In this document: piece after piece, positions 59,860 through 64,000 of the stretch
Numbering within the stretch: position 1 is the first letter of the stretch
How the letters are laid out: each line of letters opens with the position of its first letter
Assembly: GCA_051530055.1 (NCBI GenBank)
Contig: CM121342.1
Coordinates: forward strand, 11,051,480-11,115,479
Reading direction: 5' to 3'
DNA length: 64,000 nucleotides
DNA from: Neoechinorhynchus agilis
Lineage: Eukaryota; Animalia; Acanthocephala
Program-made: the position numbers and the translations under genes
The notes under the pieces: generated by a model
Databases searched by the model: none
Told to the model about the DNA's origin: nothing
Seen by the model: only the letters and a program-made list of their open reading frames with translations

Positions 59860-62800
59860 TTTAATCCTTGCCCTAACTCGCTCTCGAAAAGAAGGTTTTA
59901 TTTGAACTATTAAGACGCGATTTGGGGTTTAAGATATCGCTGAATCCATTTCTGCCACTTCTGAGCGATCCTGCTAAAGAATTTCTTAAGACGCAGTTTT
60001 TTATTGCTTTCTGCCGTGTCGAGTGTGACACCACAGGAAATTTTATCGAATATAGTGAATTAGCAGTTCTTGACAGCGTTCTTTGCTTACGGACCGATAA
60101 GCTAGCTGAGAATTCGTTGTGTGGTCTCGGTCGGTCTTTTTTGAGGTCTTTCTTTACACAATGCAGCTGAACGTTGACCTCTCGGATTCTGCCGTGCCGA
60201 CTGTGACGTCATCAATTGAGTTGGATTACCCTGTGCCCATCACACGACAACTGGACGACGTCGAGTTCAATGATGATGATGCAACGGCTTTACAACAACA
60301 GGCCGGGGTATCGAACCTCCGGGCCACTTCTTCTCCGAAAGGTTTTTGTTCGGAATGCGGTGGTTGTTTTTGCCTTAACAAATCCTTGTTAGTTCGGATA
60401 CACGGTCCCTTCAGATCCCGCTGTTCTGGTTCCTCCCGCCCCCAAGATCTGTCATCCCGAACCCACTACCTCCTCGGAATATCCCAGCGCCTCAGGTCAT
60501 TCCCACGAAATTCCCTGATATCTTGCGCGTTCTGCCCAGGAACGTCCTGAAACGGATCCCAAAGGGCGCTCGGTATCAGACGACGAAGTCATTTGGTGCT
60601 TTGCTAAGGGATTGCTTAGAAAACGGGTCTGACATTGCATGGACACGTCTCTTCGCTTTTACCAGGCTGGTTCTTCGCGCTGGTGACCGTTCGGAGGGGT
60701 CGTTGGTCAGTTCAATCAAAGAAAGAATCGCTTCCTTCGATCAACTCTTTTCGGACGCAATTCGAGCTGTCGATCGCGGACCTACAGAACAACCTACACA
60801 CAGTAATTTTTCGACTAGATCCATAGGGGAACGTGCCTCTTCCAAAATTGCGGATGGTGACATCCGGGGAGCTGTTCGCATCCTTTCCTCCTCTGAAGTT
60901 TTTACCCAGGTTAACGAGGAAACTCTCAAAACCTTGAACCAAAAACATCCTCCATCGGAACCACCGAAAATTCCGACTTGCCTCGCGGCTACCTCGAAGT
61001 CTCCCTGCTCTGTAAAGGAACTCAATTCAGCGATATCCTCCCTTGCTAGTGGATCCGGTCATGGGCTAGACGGGCTTAGGCCTCAACACCTCAAGGACAT
61101 GTTGTCCTTCTCCGTCGGTGAAGCCGCTCAGAGCCTTTCGAATGGATTGTCACGCCTCGTTGATCTGTTCGTTGGTGACGAATTGCCTCCCGTCGCAATT
61201 CAGTTGTTCTTCGGTGCTTCACTCTGTGCCCTTAAAAAGAAAGACGGTGGGATTCGTCCCATCGCTATGGGATCGACACTTCGGCGTCTTGCAGCAAAGA
61301 TTCTTTGCAAACGTCTTGCAGTTGATCTTAGCGAACTTTTCCGCCCGGTACAACCCGGTTGCTGTACGCCTTGCGGAGCCGAAGCTGTCGTGCACGCACT
61401 TCGCTCCTTTGTCACAAAAAGTTCAGAGTCCTGTGTTGTGCTCAAGTGCGACTTCCGAAACGCCTTCAACTGTGTTGATCGCAGTGCGCTTCTAGAAGCT
61501 GTCGCAACTTACGCACCGGAAGCATACTAGTATTTCCTCAACGCCTATGGGACTGAGACTCCTCTTCTTTTCAACGACCGTATCATCTGGTCTCAACGAG
61601 GTGTCCAACAAGGTGATCCTCTCGGTCCTATCGGTTTCTCTCTTGCCGTCAACCCGATCGCTCATTCGCTCCAATCCAAGTTTTATGCTTGGTATTTGGA
61701 CGATGCAACACTCGGTGGGTCTCCCTCCGTGGTGTTGCGAGATTTGGAGGTCGTCATGAGGGAAGCTGCCAAGCTCGGCGTTGAGCTTAATACCTCGAAA
61801 TGTGAGCTGTTTGTGATGAATGCAGAAAACGCCGCTAGTCAAACTGAGATCCTCAACAGCTTTACGCAGCTAGTACCTAACATCAAAATAATTTCGCGTG
61901 CTCAACTGTCTCTTCTGGGTAGTTGCGTTTTTAATGAAAATATACCTCAAGAGATCCTCCAAATAGCGCCGAGAGTCGAATTGCTCTGCAAGCGTACGAA
62001 GGAACTTCCATCCCATCAGGCATTATTTTTAATAAAGAGTGCCCTGTTCCTTCCGAAGTTGCTGTACAAGTTGCGTACAGCGCCCTTCTTCAAACATCAA
62101 CACTCCTTGACGAAAATTGATGATAATTTAAGGAGGTGTCTCGAAGGGATTCTAAATATCCAACTGTCGGATGAGGCATGGAGACAAGCTTCCTTGCCTG
62201 TATCTTCCGGCGGTTTGGGTATTCGTAAAACAGCTGATGTTGCGATTCCGGCCTTTTTAGGTTCCTATGAGAACAGCCGATAGTTGGTACCTAAATTGCT
62301 CGAAAAAGAGTTTTTACTTGATGAAAATTTTAAAGAGGCGGTCTTCGAATTTTGTCGCATTACGCAGTGCGATGAAGTTACTTTGAGAGGCAAGAGACAG
62401 TCAGTTTGGGATAAACCTTTAATCACGCGAGTTCACAACTCAATGCTTTCTGACGCGCGTGATGAGGTGACCCGAGCTCGATTGTTGGCGGTCTCTTCGA
62501 AGGAATCCGGTGCCTGGCTGAACGCAGTTCCGATTCCTTCGATCGAAAATTTACTGTCGGACGAAACAGTAAGGATCAGATTGTCCTTACGACTAGGCTC
62601 CCGATTTGTGCCCCACACTACTGTCGTTGTGGGGCCCTTGTGGATTCTTTGGGTAGACACGGTCTCGTTTGTCGCCAGTCCGGTGGCAGGTATGCTCGCC
62701 ACGCTGAGATTAACTCGGTTATTAGTCGGGCCTTAAACACGATACACGCACCGAATCTGCTCGAACCGAGTCACCCCTGCAGACTCGACGGTCGAAGACC

Positions 62801-63260
62801 GGATGGGTTAACGGTGTTCCCGTGGCGAGAAGGGAAATCCCTTCTCTGGGACGCTACTTGTGTGGACACCCTTGCTCTGTCCAATCTAAGACATTCCTCA
62901 AGGCGCGAAGGAGGTGCTGCAATTGCCGCAGAGGAACGTAAGCGCGGGAAATACGCGGAGCTCTTGAGGGCACATCACTTCGTCCCTTTCGGCGTTGAGA
63001 CGCTCGGTGCCTTCGGTGCTGAGGCCAAGAACTTTACGGCGGATCTTTCAAGGAAGATGAGGATCGCAACCGGAGACCAAAGAGCAGGAACGTTCTTCCT
63101 GCAAAACATAGGTCTCGCGATCCAGCGCGGCAACGCTGCAAGTGTCCTTGCGACGGTTCCGAATGGTAAAGAGATGGATCTGGGAGGCTAGTAGATACAT
63201 GAGACTTGATTTGGTGTGAGCTTAGTTTTTGTACTTTTTTAATGTTTTTGATTAAAATAA
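59860..63260 (+). mobile_element. Near-full-length CRE-like (RT + restriction-like endonuclease) non-LTR retrotransposon, inactivated
   Basis: N-terminal Zn finger CSECG...RIHGP...C. RT GSGHGLDGLRPQHL, KKKDGGIRPIAMG..LRRL, DFRNAFN, GVQQGDPLGP and WYLDDATLGG. C-terminal CCHC and RPDGLTVFPW..GK.L.WDATCVDT, stop at 63191, AATAAAAAA tail. In-frame TAG at 61528-61530 and 62281-62283 plus frameshifts near 60530 and 62600. Confidence 0.92.
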
Positions 63261-63289
63261 AAAAGGGAGTGCAATTCAGTAAAAAACGA

Positions 63290-64000
63290 GTGAATACCGC
63301 GACCCTGGATCAAGCCATTAAAAGACGGGGGAATAATTTTTTTGCTTTCCAGGAAGCTGATTAGTCTGGAATTGATGATTTTCTCGAAGAGGGAAATTAT
63401 TGGATTTTATCCGTATGTGAGAAGGGATACTGATTTTTGATTTAACTTTGGGGATAATAATTTTCCTGGCAATATTAATCTCGATTAAGTCATTTATATT
63501 GATTTTGTCATAAAAATTTTCAGAGAAACAGATCTTATTCTCTTCGAAGACTAATGAAAAACTTAAGGGGGAGAAACAAGAAAAGTTATTTGCCCTAGGA
63601 GGATTAATTTTCCAGAATTTTTAAAGCTCGGCAGTAGTGAAGTTCCAACTAAAATGTTTATCAGTGAAGGAAGACAAAGGTGGTTCGACTACTGCTGGTT
63701 AAGAAATTGTGCCACTCCAATTTACAGCCAAATATTTCCAAGAAATAAATATCCGCTTAAGAATTTTATTCCAAAATTATTTAGTGAACGCTGACACGGA
63801 TAAAAGTCGCTTTTTATCCCGAGCGAGGGAATCATAATACACCGTAGAAAAGAATTTGGAAATACCATCCTTCTGGAGGGTCACATCATTTCTCAAATTG
63901 GCAAGTATATAATATTTATCAAAAAAATTTGCTTGTTTAGATTTTTATTATTCATTACAGATTCATACGTTATGATTGTTCGGCAGCTTCCTTGATGGCC
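63290..64000 (-). mobile_element. Degenerate LINE ORF2 fragment
   Basis: Composition and short motifs resemble the AT-rich LINE pieces at 47560-48360 and 58400-59850. No long ORF. Confidence 0.4.

Noticed and set aside
1-64000. CRISPR arrays, rRNA genes, telomeric repeats
   Set aside because: None seen.

Overview
This is AT-rich eukaryotic (probably invertebrate metazoan) DNA with very short GT-AG introns (43-51 nt where I could define them). Host genes: an SLC4 anion-exchanger (5' end outside the window), DEPDC5/IML1, NOL12, RBM26/27, a probable Tctex-1-type dynein light chain, a small Thr/Ser-rich GPI-type surface protein and an unidentified multi-exon coiled-coil gene. There are also two inverted copies of an intronless three-domain glutaredoxin, two copies of a 403-aa orphan ORF and a broken LRR gene. 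The rest is retroelement debris: Penelope-like elements (PLEs; RT, GIY-YIG, minimal hammerheads), APE-type LINEs, CRE-like RT-REL elements (one almost full length), a Gypsy gag remnant and a 365-bp TRIM. The top finding is a ~382-bp head-to-tail repeat with a tRNA-like Pol III promoter that carries a complete hammerhead ribozyme whose three core strands are in a NON-circularly permuted order. It occurs in three copies, and every stem III substitution keeps base pairing. This suggests a retrozyme-like, possibly dimer-activated, circular-RNA retroelement mobilised by neighbouring PLEs. Everything was read by eye; no database search or folding program was run.
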